Assembly (NCBI GenBank): GCA_951406725.2
Contig: OX597822.1
Location: 113,522,001-113,586,000, forward strand
DNA from: Octopus vulgaris
Lineage: Eukaryota
Length of the DNA stretch: 64,000 nt
Reading direction: 5' to 3'
Shown here: positions 10,468 to 22,042 of the stretch, piece by piece
Position numbering within the stretch: the stretch's first letter is position 1
How the letters are laid out: each line of letters starts with the position of its first letter
Notes under the pieces: generated by a model
What the model was told of the DNA's origin: nothing
Seen by the model: only the letters and a program-made list of their open reading frames with translations
Databases searched by the model: none
Position numbers and translations under genes: made by a program

Positions 10468-11975
10468 ATGGCTCTTTTGGACGCCATCATTACTAACGTT
10501 GGACATTTTCTATTTCTTATCGGTTTCAATCCGGTTTATTCTATTTAATTCTATTGTTAATAGCTTAAACCAGTCAAACGAAACAACCAGCCATGTGTGA
10601 CAAAATGCCAACATTTAAGCTGGTGTTAGTGGGTGATGGTGGCGTGGGTAAAACCACTTTTGTCAAACGTCATGTAACTGGCGAATTTGAGAAAAAATAT
10701 GTTGCAACATTGGGTGTAGAGGTGCATCCACTTGTGCTTTACACAGCCAGGGGACCCATCAGGTTCAACGTTTGGGATACGACAGGACAAGAAAAATTTG
10801 GTGGGCTCAGAGATGGTTATTATATTCAAGGACAGTGTGCTATTATCATGTTTGATGTTACATCAAGAGTTACATACAAAAATGTCCCCAATTGGCATCG
10901 AGATTTAGTGAGAGTATGCGAAAATACACCAATTGTGCTGTGTGGAAATAAGATTGATGTAAAAGACCGAAAGGTAAAAGCCAAAGCAATCACTTTCCAC
11001 TGTTGGGAGGTGGCTGCGGATTTGCCTGGGTGCCAGGTTTTCTTTCCCATCCCAGTTTCGAAAAGGCCAGATGTTTTGGTGTGGTGTGAGGGGGGGGGGG
11101 GGATTTGTGGATATAGTCGAGCTAACGGTTCCTCACGAAGATAATATGGACGCTGTTCGAGCTCGAAAATTAAACCGTTATGAAAACCTCCTCGAGGAAT
11201 ATGAAGACGCAGGCTGGAAAGCGGAACATTTTCCTATCGAAGTCGGATGTAGAGGGTTTGTAGGACACAGCGTGAGACGACTGTTGTTATCGTTAGGCCT
11301 AACTCATCGTAAAGTCAATACCACCATGACTGATATCCAATCTACAGTGGAGAAGGCTAGCCACTGGATTTGGTTAAAAAGAGATGATGAGCGATGGCTA
11401 GAGGTATATTGAGTTCTTCATAACCAGCTGATCTAGCAAGCGGGGCCTCATATCAGTGAGGGGGGGGGCCGGTGCGCATTGATGCCGTCAAGAGGTAGGT
11501 CCCGAAATGGCGCGCATTCTCTCCTGATGACCCCATACACTTGCTAGCTTCCGATATACGGAGCTTTTAACTGGTAGCACTTGCATGTGCAAGTTGTTTG
11601 CAAGATAACTATGATATCAGTGCAAAGAGTAATTATAATTTTGAGAAACCATTCCTTTGGTTGGCAAGGAAGTTAATCGGAGATGCTAACCTTGAATTTT
11701 TTGAAATGCCTGCTCTCCAACCACCAGAGGTAGAAATGAGTCAATCACTTGCACAACAATATGAGAAGGAACTTGAGGTGGCTCAAGAAATTGCTCTTCC
11801 TGATGAGGATGAAGATCTTTGAAGATAATCTGATCCTGCTAATCACTTAACAATTAACTAATTATCACAGTGCATTGTTAACCTTCTAAAAGATGGGAAA
11901 GTCTGTTTAAATACAGTGATGTCCTCTTTCTGCTATCTGTTATGTCCTGCAGAGCTGCGCTCATACATGACCTAA
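10466..11975 (+). pseudogene. RAN: Processed (intronless) Ran GTPase retrocopy with UTR remnants, interrupted by a retroelement
   Basis: 10593-11000 encodes Ran N-terminal residues ([20 protein letters not shown]...[17 protein letters not shown]...NKID...AITFH). About 11608-11822 encodes [22 protein letters not shown]...LPDEDEDL*. No introns; RKKNLQ is missing at the insertion; substitutions DTAG>DTTG and ENIP>ENTP. Flanked by microsatellites; UTR limits are approximate. Confidence 0.92.
11001..11607 (+). mobile_element. 5'-truncated Hero-like non-LTR retrotransposon: restriction-like endonuclease (PD-(D/E)xK) C-terminus plus 3'UTR
   Basis: WEVAADLPG...RPDVLVW / [12 protein letters not shown]...RKLNRY..L...GW....PIEVGCRGF...EKASHWIWLKR are typical RLE-clade motifs. 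Frameshift in G13 run at 11090-11102; stop at 11412; second copy at 22897-23165. Confidence 0.8.
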
Positions 11976-12348
11976 GTTATATGATGTATAAAAAATGTAA
12001 TATACAAATAAATATCTGTAAATATCTGTAAATTTCTTCTAATATATATATATACATGCAAACATACATATATATATACAAGCAAGCAGCACAAACACAC
12101 GCATACATAAATGTAGATATAAACATACACACAAGAATACAAGGCGCACGCACACGCACACACGCGCACACATACAAACACACACACACACAAACGCACA
12201 TATATAAATAGTGTACTGTTCCGGTTTTCGTTTTCCGTTTTTTACACTTTCCGCGTTTTCTGTAAGCTGCCTTCTCAGTTTTTTTTTTGTTTTTTTTTTT
12301 CGTTTCCTCTCTGATTCAATTTTTTTAGTTCGTTATGATTTGTGGTTT

Positions 12349-12403
12349 GTGCCTGATGAATATGCTTGAGATATTTCTCAACATATGAAACTATTAATAG
12401 CAC
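12349..12403 (+). ncRNA. Type I hammerhead ribozyme motif, canonical CUGAUGA core, long stem II
   Basis: GTGC-CTGATGA-ATATGcTTGAGA tatt TCTCAACATAT-GAAA-ctattaa-TA-GCAC. Stem II has 11 bp, and the stem III region contains the palindrome TATTAATA. Confidence 0.75.
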
Positions 12404-12438
12404 TTAAAGACATGCATTGTATCCTTTAATTAAATGAA

Positions 12439-12480
<42 letters not shown>

Positions 12481-12481
<1 letters not shown>

Positions 12482-12848
12482 CATATAAACGGCAGTTTGT
12501 CTGTGCGTGTTTCTGTGTGTCTGTTTGCTTGTACCCTCACCCTGACCACGGCTTTCAACCGATTCTGATGAAACTTGACACACACATAGCCCAATGTCAT
12601 AATTCAAAACTAACGCAGCGAAAATTTTGAAAAGTTCCTCCAGTTCTGAAAAAATCGATAAATTCGACATGGGGTCGAGAATCAGGAACACAAACCACAA
12701 ACTGTGTAGGGGACGCAACTCCACCTTTTTTAACTATCAAAAAAAAATTTACCATAATTTTTTTCCATTTTTTGGCTGTTTTTTGGCTATAACTCTCTAA
12801 AAATGCTTTATAGTTATTTCCCTTACAAACCTAAGCAACGCCGGGCGG
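12481..12848 (+). mobile_element. Non-autonomous Helitron-like element, 3' terminus missing
   Basis: Starts in TATATAAAC followed by a (TGTC/TGTT)-rich tract and an ACCGATTCTGATGAAACTT motif. Ends in AGCAACGCCGGGC, typical of the Helitron subterminal hairpin region, but the terminal CTAG is replaced by a LINE fragment. Confidence 0.45.
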
Positions 12849-13211
12849 CAAAAGGGATATGAAGGCCTGCAACATCAACATTAGCGGTTGGGAGGCAGTC
12901 GCCGGCAACCGTGGAGAATGGCGACGTACAGTAAAAGAGGGTATACAGAGGAGTGACAGAAAGAGAGAGGACAAATGGAAAGAAAGGAAGAGACATAAAC
13001 AAGAGACCATGGCACTACAACCAGCCAGGAACAGTCTTCGCTACATTTGCAGTACCTGCCAGAGGGAGTGTTTGTCCAGGATAGGACTACACAGCCACAG
13101 CAATAAATGTAACAGGAAATAAAATATAACAGCCGGACTAGACCTAGAAAAAAAAAAAAAAAAAAAAAAATATGCGCAACTCCATTGTCTCCCGAGACAG
13201 AAAGGATGCCA

Positions 13212-13216
<5 letters not shown>
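12849..13216 (+). mobile_element. RTE-clade LINE 3' fragment
   Basis: KRDMKACNINISGWEAVAGNRGEWRRTVKEG...CSTCQRECLSRIGLHSH is an RTE C-terminus with a zinc finger, followed by a short 3'UTR. Confidence 0.8.
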
Positions 13217-13252
<36 letters not shown>

Positions 13253-13263
13253 TATATACATAT

Positions 13264-13547
13264 ACACATTCCTCCTTCTCTTGCACTCTCCTGTCTTTGA
13301 AAGAACTTTTTCTTCACCCATTCCCTTCCGGTCATTTCAATATGTGACCGCGTGTGTATCGTTGACTATTTTCTTTCTCCGTTTCCCATCCTTGGATCTT
13401 TCCTTTTCCTATGTTTCCAACGAAGAGCTCCGCTTGAAACGTTAAATCCTCCTTCTTTCTTTCCTTTCCTGAGCGTCCGATAACACTGTACTTGTTTCAC
13501 GTCCTCGCGTTGTTGTGTTTTCTCTTTCTTCATATTTGGATTAACTG
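13264..13547 (+). mobile_element. Hammerhead-bearing repeat family H1 copy (motif 13413-13447, core mutated to CCAACGA)
   Basis: Reverse-complement homolog of 1826-2113; GTTT-CCAACGA-AGAGCTCCGCTT-GAAA-CG-TT-AAAT. Confidence 0.65.
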
Positions 13548-13885
13548 TATGAATAATTCTAATAATTATTACCTTTAAAGCTTATTTTTTCCATGTTGGC
13601 CTCTTGATAAAATCGTTATTTTATTTTAAATTAACGATCTTATCCTTATATATATATACAAATTAGCCGCTTCTTTCAACAGTGGATATAGAAATCACGA
13701 ACATTGAAACTTCATTCAGAGTCGAGACAAACAAGGCACAGCTCTAGTTCCACGTCTATCCGTCTTTCACTACATTGAAAAATCATGAAATTAGGAAACC
13801 TTTAGATAAATCTTTTGAAGACTCCAACGCCTTTTCTTTATACCTCTGTACACATAAATAAAAAATTATTTCCATATCATATCTT

Positions 13886-14132
13886 TTATCTTTTACATTT
13901 TTCACTTGTGAGACGGCGGCCATGCTGGAGCACCACCTCAAAGAGCTTTAGGCGAATGAATCAATTCCCAGTGCTTATTCTTTTTAAAGCCTGGTGCTTA
14001 TTCTAACGGTTTTTGCCGAACTGCTAAGTTACAGGGACTTAAACACACTAACACTGTTTGTGAAGCGGTGAGGGAGGACAAACAGACACACGCACGCACA
14101 CACACACACACACACACATACACACATATATA

Positions 14133-14195
<63 letters not shown>

Positions 14196-14383
14196 TATCA
14201 TTATTATATATATATATACGACGGGCTCCTTTCAGTTTTCGTCTACTAAATGCATTCACAAGTTTTTGGTCAGCCCGAGGCTACAGTAGAGGATACTTGC
14301 CCAAGGTTCTACGCAGTGGGACTGAACCCGGAACCTGGTGGTTGGGAATCAAACTACTTACCACACAGCCATGCCTGCGCCTA
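13886..14383 (-). mobile_element. SINE family B, diverged full-length copy with expanded internal microsatellite
   Basis: Head (CCTGCGCCT on plus strand) and tail blocks both present. Confidence 0.8.
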
Positions 14384-15751
14384 TGAGTAGAAACGGAACG
14401 GTCGGTCTGCTGGAATGAAGTTATAATTTCAAGGCAGGCAGCATATGTTTATATTTATATTATAGTCACGATAATCAAGCCAGTGTTAATTCCGTCAACA
14501 GCTCTGATGTTCTATGGTTTTGCCCTCGGCACACGTATACTACTTTCAATGTCACACGAGACATTCTTTCACTCTAGATTGAAATTATAAGTACCATATG
14601 TACACGCGTAATGATTTCAACCTCTAACCACATGTCAGTAGCAACAGACACCATATGCCTATACTGTTCACTTCAGATTTATCCACTCATAAGGTAATAT
14701 CCGTTGTAAGAACAGTTACACACACATGCCTGGCACATGCCTTCAAAATCATACTTACTGTCTCTTGTGGGGTTTTTTTTTCTTTCTTTCTTTTTGTCAA
14801 TTTGATGTTTTTCATGTATTTCCTTGTTCTGAAACGTCTACATCGAACCAAGAAAATTTCTTAATTTGTTTACAAACAAAACTGATTATCTTAATAATGT
14901 CACGATTAATGGCGATATCAGAGCATGTGTAAAGAAGTAATTGTACATGGTGGTCGTACGTGCTTTCCAGTGAGTGCTTCTTGGTGGGCGTGTTTATAAA
15001 GGTCCACATACGCTTATCCATGAACGGATTGTGACTTGGTGAGTACTAAATCTTCCCCCTCTTACATACATATATATATATATATATCTGTGTGTGTGCG
15101 TGCGTGTTAGTATAGACGTGTATACACACATACAAAATGTATGATCGTATTTATGTGTGTGAGTGTGAATGCATATCTGTCTGTGTATGTAGGTTCTTGT
15201 GCATATTAGTACCAGTACAGTCTTATTGTATGTTTGCAGAATGCATGTATAGTGTCCGTGTGTATGTGTGTGAAGAATGCGACATTTTGTCAGTTTTCAT
15301 TCGAAGCTAACAACCCTCAGATTGAAAATACAACCAGCAGACACTTTTTTATCTGTACATTTATTTAACGATACGTTTTAATAAATTTCTTGTGTATGTT
15401 TAATAAACATATAGTAAATCTCTCAGTACAAGTAGATAAGGCGGTTAGATCATCGCGGCTTACATCTGCAGATGGAATCGAAAAAGTTTCGCCTACTCAT
15501 TACCGACTCATCGGGAGTGTCTACTTCATTCGTTCTCCAAATGAGAAACTCAGCACTCACAACTATTTATGCATGCAATCATGTGTGTGTGTATGTATGT
15601 ATGCATGCATGCATGCATGAAGTACTTGCGTGTGTGATACTGATTGCGTATCTAAGTAGTTTAACTCATCAAATGTATTACTGCTGACACTACTTTAATT
15701 TGATACTAATCATTTCTTTAATTAGTGAACATTATATATACACACACACAC

Positions 15752-15875
<124 letters not shown>

Positions 15876-15948
15876 TTCATTTGGTTCATAAAATATTTCT
15901 AATATGTAATAATATTATACTTAGTAATTAAATATAATATTTCGAATT

Positions 15949-15979
<31 letters not shown>

Positions 15980-16849
15980 GTGTATGTATGTATGTATGTA
16001 TGTATGTATGTATGTATGTATGTATGTATGTATGAAGTGTTATTCAAAAGTGAAATGATACTATGTTGATTTATAATGTATTTATTTAGAGATAATATCC
16101 TGATTTAATTCGCAGAGCCTAAACTAAACTTATATTACTTCAGTGGCTCACTGAAACACCTCAGATTGCTCAGGAAACACACGGCGACTCTAAGTCTACA
16201 GCAATCTGGCAATGCATATCACCTCTATATTCTGAAGTGTGTGTGGTGTTAAGTGTCTTGCTTAACAACAACAAATTACATACCTTGAGGACGTGAAGGA
16301 CACGGATATAGAAAAAGGTAGAAACAAATGGTTATCCGTCAGTTTCGACAAGGATTATTTCAGCTCTTCAATCAAGTGAACTACTTATACATTGAGTTTT
16401 TGTGAAAATCGCTGAGTATTCCACAGACATGAGTAACCCCAATGTAATCCCGAGACAAAGCGTAAAAGGGTGTGTGGTAAGGCTGAACCTTTGAAGTACA
16501 GGTAGAATCTACCACAGAGATTCCGTCTACCCAGTTTCCCCTAAAATGCTGGGTCGGCCTAAAGCCATCGTAGAAGATATCAGCTCTAGCAGTCACGCAG
16601 TGGAATCGAACCCAGAGAATTATGATTTTAAAGTAAACTCCTAAACCACTCAGCTGTTCCTCTAACCCCAAAAGCAAAAACAAATATTTGTATACATTTA
16701 TGAATTTAGTTGATCCTCCTTGTCAGAAGAGGGCCACCTTTGCATTGACCTTTATACGACCATGTGCACACAGATGGCTCTTCGACCCAGCTTGTGTTCT
16801 GCAATCAAATTCATAGACAGAAGTAACATTTGAACTCTCTATCTCCTGT

Positions 16850-17345
16850 AATCACCGGCTGGGTTGTGGTCTCATGTATTTTACCATGCCTAGTCAGGCC
16901 GCCAGCTGACTTACACATTAAGCCACACTCATTACAAATGTGTTGCGGACGACTTGGCGGTGAACCACCTCGCAAACAACTTGATTTCTCCTTGCTTCTG
17001 TGAGTTTAAGTGGCTGACTAATCCAGTTCTTTAGAGAAAGTCGTCCACACACTGCACTTCAGTTCCAGATGGATTTCTGCTGGCACTGCATTTGAGCCTC
17101 GTTTACGGAGTGACTGCTTCAAAGTAGTATGCTCCACGTGCTTTTGGCTCACAGGGATCACACATATTCTTGACAATTTTTCTCCATGATGCACAGTTTT
17201 CAGCCAATACTTCCCAGTTACCCACATTTGCCTCCCCTGCGGACTCCACGTTTGAAGCCTTAAAATTTGAATAACATCGACTAAAACAGGAACTAATCGC
17301 CATAGCTGACAAATTAAAATATAAGTGTGCGTATCATGAAAGGCC
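16850..17345 (-). mobile_element. RTE-clade LINE 3' fragment
   Basis: Minus strand NWEVLAENCASWRKIVK, and downstream ICNECG..CKSAGGLTRH zinc finger, with frameshifts. Confidence 0.65.
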
Positions 17346-17636
17346 AAAAGGTCGACAGAGTGTTTGTGGAAGAACCTTTAATCACGGTATCGCTGACGTC
17401 AACAACACGGTCTCTGTTAAAAAAAATGTCCCCATCAGAATAAAATGTAAAGCATTGAGTAACTATAGGCCGAAGAAATGAAAATTTTAACATCTAAGCT
17501 TAACGGTTAGAGAAAGAATATGTTTGACACTGCACAAGTTGAATTTTTAAAAATCTATAACATTTTTCTATTACTGAGAACGGCTGGGACATTTTAACTC
17601 TATAGAGAAAGCGGTGACATTATCTATTATACAAAG

Positions 17637-17815
17637 AAGGCAGTGAGCTGGCAGAATCGTTAGCACGCCGGACAAAATACTTAGACTCAAATTCCACCGA
17701 GGTCGAATTTGCTTTTCACCCTTTGGGGTTGATAAAATATGTAACAATCAAGTACAGGAATCAATATAATCGACTTCCACCCAAAAACTACTGGCCCCGT
17801 GTGCCAAAATTTGGA
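17637..17815 (+). mobile_element. SINE family A, old internally deleted copy
   Basis: GAGCTGGCAGAATCGTTAGC head and a degenerate CTTTCATCCTTTCGGGGTCGATAAA block. Confidence 0.65.
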
Positions 17816-20800
17816 AGAATTATCAATTATACAAATAAGACATATTTTTCGTAAGAAAGAAAATCTTAAATATAATCTATTATTGATAAGCATTTATATT
17901 ATCCTTCAATTAAGCATGTGTGTTTGTGTGTGTGTGTGTGTGTTCTTGTGTGTGTGTGTTCTTGTGTCTGTGTGTTCTTGTGTGTGTGCGTGTGTGTGTG
18001 CGTGTGTGTGCAAAGAGAGATAGGTTTTGATAGGCTCAATTATTTGGATTCTTCGCCTTTAAAGTTACACTTACAATGGATAATACGGACAATATAAACA
18101 CACATGCGCACATACATATGTATGAACACACACACACACACACAGGTATATATTTGTGTGTGTTTGTGTATGTGTACGTATGTATGTGTTAGTGAGCGTG
18201 TGTGTGTGTTTTGTGTGCATACATATAAATACTTTTTTTTAAATGTCTACAGAGTTTCATGACATGCTAGAAATAGCACTCAGACCTCTTTCAACCTACA
18301 CCTCAGCTGGTTAAAAATGGAAGGATCTTTTAGGCAATGTAAACCAGATTACACAAGATCTCAAAAAGCCCAAAACAAGTATCAAAAGCAACATGTTTAA
18401 CAATGAATACAAGGTTTCAAACATGATAGCGGTCCGAATCAAACACATCTGGATCTAATCCTTTACTTTCTGAGTTCAAATCCCACCAAAACTGAGTTTG
18501 TATTTGAAATTTAAACGAAGTACTGAAGATTGCTGAATCGGTTTTATACCGGGTACAGCAGAAAAGCTACCCATAATCTACACGGCCAAGAATGGAAGGC
18601 TTTTTGTCACACCCTTTAAAATCCTTCACAACAAATTTGTACGAAACCATGTCTGAGGCAGCAAATTAGTAGATTCGTTAGAGCGTCGGATAGAATGTTT
18701 CGCGGTATTTATTTCGACTTACTGCGCTCTAAGTTCAATTCCTGCGGAAGTTATCCTTGCCATTCATCCTCTCGGGTTGATAATGGAGTGCGAATCCAAG
18801 TTGGTGGACTGAAGGGACTTTAAGAACATTGGACCAAATACTTCGTGGTATTTTTCTGCTCTACGTGTCCTAACTTCAAATCCCACAGACGCCTAGTTTA
18901 ACACTAACAACATGGAACGTTTGGTACCTTTAGCGGAATCCACTTTATTATTGCTATAGCATTCGATCCAGGTTTTGCGGTTTGAGGATACTTAGTTACC
19001 TCCTACTCAGCATTCTCGAAGGCCCTGGAAAGAGTCATTGGCACAGCCTTCCCTCCAGACTAAAAGATAAAAAGAAATAATTTCTACAACAAAGTAATTT
19101 ATAAATATACATTTTCGTCTTTGATCACAGACATTCCTACTGACGTCTCTTGAAATAGACACCGGTTAAGTATGAACATTACATTGGTGAATTAGGAATT
19201 TAGGTTTACTCATACATACACACGCACACCTAGTCTGATTAGAAACTTTTCAAATCTAATTATGAATCTCAATGATATTATTTCATTAGATAACTGTGTA
19301 GCACGAATGTTTATAATTCTCTATCTGAAGTAAATATGCCTCAATTTTCTGTATGTTTCTACATAACAGACACATACACAAAATATCTGAAACAAATATC
19401 CTTTTAGTCTTTTACACGTTTCAGCTACTGGAGTTAGGCCATACTGGAGCACCACCGTGTTCTTTTGCGATTTAATGTTCTTTTCAAATTAGAAGTATAA
19501 GTAACATTTAACACTGAAAATATGTACGTGTACTAATTGGTAACTTGTATAAGTTACTGCAGCAATAATCTATGAGTAATTCCTGAAAATTTGCGGTGCT
19601 GTCAAGGGCGAAAACTATATTGATGGTTGATTTACAATATAGTGCAAGTGAAATTTAAGGAATCAAATGACCGAGTTCCAACGATATTTCATTAACCACT
19701 TTAAAGCAGAGTCAGATATATTTCCATAGTACAATGCTGAGTAATTTTTAAATAAACGAAGAACAATTATTTCTAAGAAATAACTACAGTATTCTAGCCG
19801 CACTATTGCTATCTGGAACTACTCTTTGAATTAAAGTTTATAGTCTGATCTCCTGGTTCGATACACTATACAAATTCTGTGAGAATTAAGGAATGCGTAA
19901 TGTACAGAAAGCATAATATCAAGATCATATAGCCTACGAGGGCCGTGTGGCCTAGTGTTTAGGATGTTGTACTCACGATCGCAAGATCGTGGTTTCGAAT
20001 CCTAGCCCGGGCAGTAAGTTGTTCTCGAGTAAAAACTTCATCTCACGTTGCTCTACGATTACTTCGACACCTGACGTGTGGAACATTATGCAGCTTCACA
20101 GACAATGTCTGTTTGATGGCAGGGGTGAGCTATTGTACATCACAAAACTTAATCCCTGTAAACATATCATCTGTGCAAACTGCCCAGCAAAATATTCCGG
20201 AACCCCATCTGTCGACTCTGTCAGGAGAATTCATGATAATACCTAAAACTTGCAGGAGTTTCTTTTATTTTTCTAGATTGTAAAAGCGGCGACATGTTTA
20301 AATTCATATAAAATTACAGTTTACAGTATTCAACACATCCTTTTTGAAACATTTCCAGTATTTATTAGAAATGGAATCCAATATTTTTTTTCCTTTAAAG
20401 ACTAAACACCATATGAAATTATAGGTAGTTTGTTTATTTGTTTTTTGTAATATTATTGTGTTGTGTCTGGGGAGAGTCATTTTCTTTTTGTACCTTATTA
20501 TGTAACACACACACCGGTTAAATTTCCACTTTTTTCTTATTTTTATTGTCCTCAAATTTTCGTTGCGTCTTGCAACTTTTTCAATAGTTATCAATAGTTT
20601 TGAACTCATATAAAGAATCTTGCAAACCAAATCCAAAAACGAAATGTAATATTATTGAATCACCATTAATTCATTAACTTGTGTGTAATTTATTTTCTTA
20701 ATAGATTTAATTAGTCTCGCCTGTAGAAAGTGGTGTTGTTTTGAATTAAGAACCAGAATTTTTTTTTAAACAAAATAGATAAGAAAATGTCAAACCCTTG

Positions 20801-20834
20801 GGGTAGTTCTTTAGAATTGTTACATTTTATCATT

Positions 20835-21148
20835 GTGGAGGCACATGGCCTAGTGGCTAAAGCAGCGGATTCGCGGTCGAGGGCTCGCGGCTTCGAATCT
20901 CAGACCGGGCGATGTGTGTGTTTATGAGCGAAACACCTAAGCTCTGCGCGGCTCCGGCAGAAGGTAACAGCGAACTTCTGCTGACTCTTTCGCCACAACT
21001 TTCTCTCACTCTTTCCTCTTGCATCTAGCAGCTCACCTGCAACGGACCGGCGTCCTGTCCAGGTGGGGAACCTATACGCCAAGGAAACCGGGAAATCGGC
21101 CCTTATGAGCCAGGCATGGCTAGAGAAGGAACAAACAACAAAACAACA
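20835..21148 (+). mobile_element. tRNA-derived SINE family C, tail type 1 (Meta-domain-like)
   Basis: A box TGGCCTAGTGG and B-box-like GCTTCGAATCT. Candidate TSD ACATT(T/C)ATCATT at 20822-20834 and 21149-21161. Confidence 0.8.
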
Positions 21149-21724
21149 ACATTTCATCATTAAACCAAATGTAGATGCAAAGTTATATACTACAACTATA
21201 CAAAGTTATATGTGGCTTCAAATTTCCTCTGAAACGGAAAATTAGCAAAGCCACAAAATTAAAATTATGAAGTTTTTTCTAAAAAGTCTACTGGAAGACA
21301 CAATTTTACAAATTAAGAGAAACTATTGCAAATCTCGCGTACAAACTGATGAGTGACAAGAAACCACGTTTTTGTTGATCAAAGAACGAAATGGTATGTA
21401 TCCACCGAAATCCATCAGTAAAAATCCAAACCCAATGAAAGTGAAATAGGTCTTATAACATTTACTGTAAAAATATCGACACAGCGATATTTTCTCCATT
21501 AGACTTATTTGACATCAAAATATGAATTTTGATGTCTTAAACTTGTAAAATAATGAAGAAAAACCATGTCTCGAACCTGTAAATATTTAAGTTATTTTTT
21601 TAGACAATGATTTATGTTACGTCCGCGCATATCTACAGCCAAATGTGGGCTGAAATAAACTTCCGATAACATTTGAAAGTCAACGCTTTATATTTTAAAC
21701 GTACGATGTAGAATTCAGTACATA

Positions 21725-22042
21725 AACGATAAACGTCGCCCTTTTCAAGCCCAGCCAGGCTCATGGGCGCGGTTTCCCGGTTTCTGTGGCGTATGTGTTC
21801 CTCCCAGCTGGACGGGACGCCAGTCCATCGCAGCGTTACTCAAGAAACAGGAAGAGAGAGTGAGAGAAAGTTGTGGCGAAAGAGTACAACAGGGGTCGCC
21901 ACCTCCACCCCTCTGCCGGAGCCTCGTGGAGCTTTTCGGTGTTTCCGCTCAAATAAACATATTCAACGCCCGGTCTGGGAATCGAAACCGCGATCCTCCG
22001 ACCGCGAGTCCGCTGCCCTAACCACTGGGCCATTGCACCTCC
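21725..22042 (-). mobile_element. SINE family C, tail type 1
   Basis: Reverse-complement homolog of 20835-21148. Candidate TSD ATTCAGTA(C/A)ATA at 21713 and 22043. Confidence 0.8.

Noticed and set aside
11090-11102. G-run as fixed A-to-I hyper-editing of the element RNA
   Set aside because: No second copy covers this position, and the other G-run (11460-11468) differs from copy 2 by C>G changes rather than A>G. Unsupported.
11504-11530. GAAA and CTGATGA in the Hero-like 3'UTR as a hammerhead
   Set aside because: The intervening sequence cannot form stems III and I, and both motifs are engaged in other helices.
11001-11607. The insert as a spliceosomal intron of a functional Ran gene
   Set aside because: No GT...AG boundaries restore Ran, six conserved residues are missing, and the insert is a retroelement with a second copy nearby.
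12566-12575. CTGATGAAAC motif
   Set aside because: No stem II between the core halves; it is part of the Helitron-like repeat.
14970-15045. Possible exon bounded by TTCCAG and GTGAGT
   Set aside because: Every frame contains a stop and there is no recognisable protein similarity.
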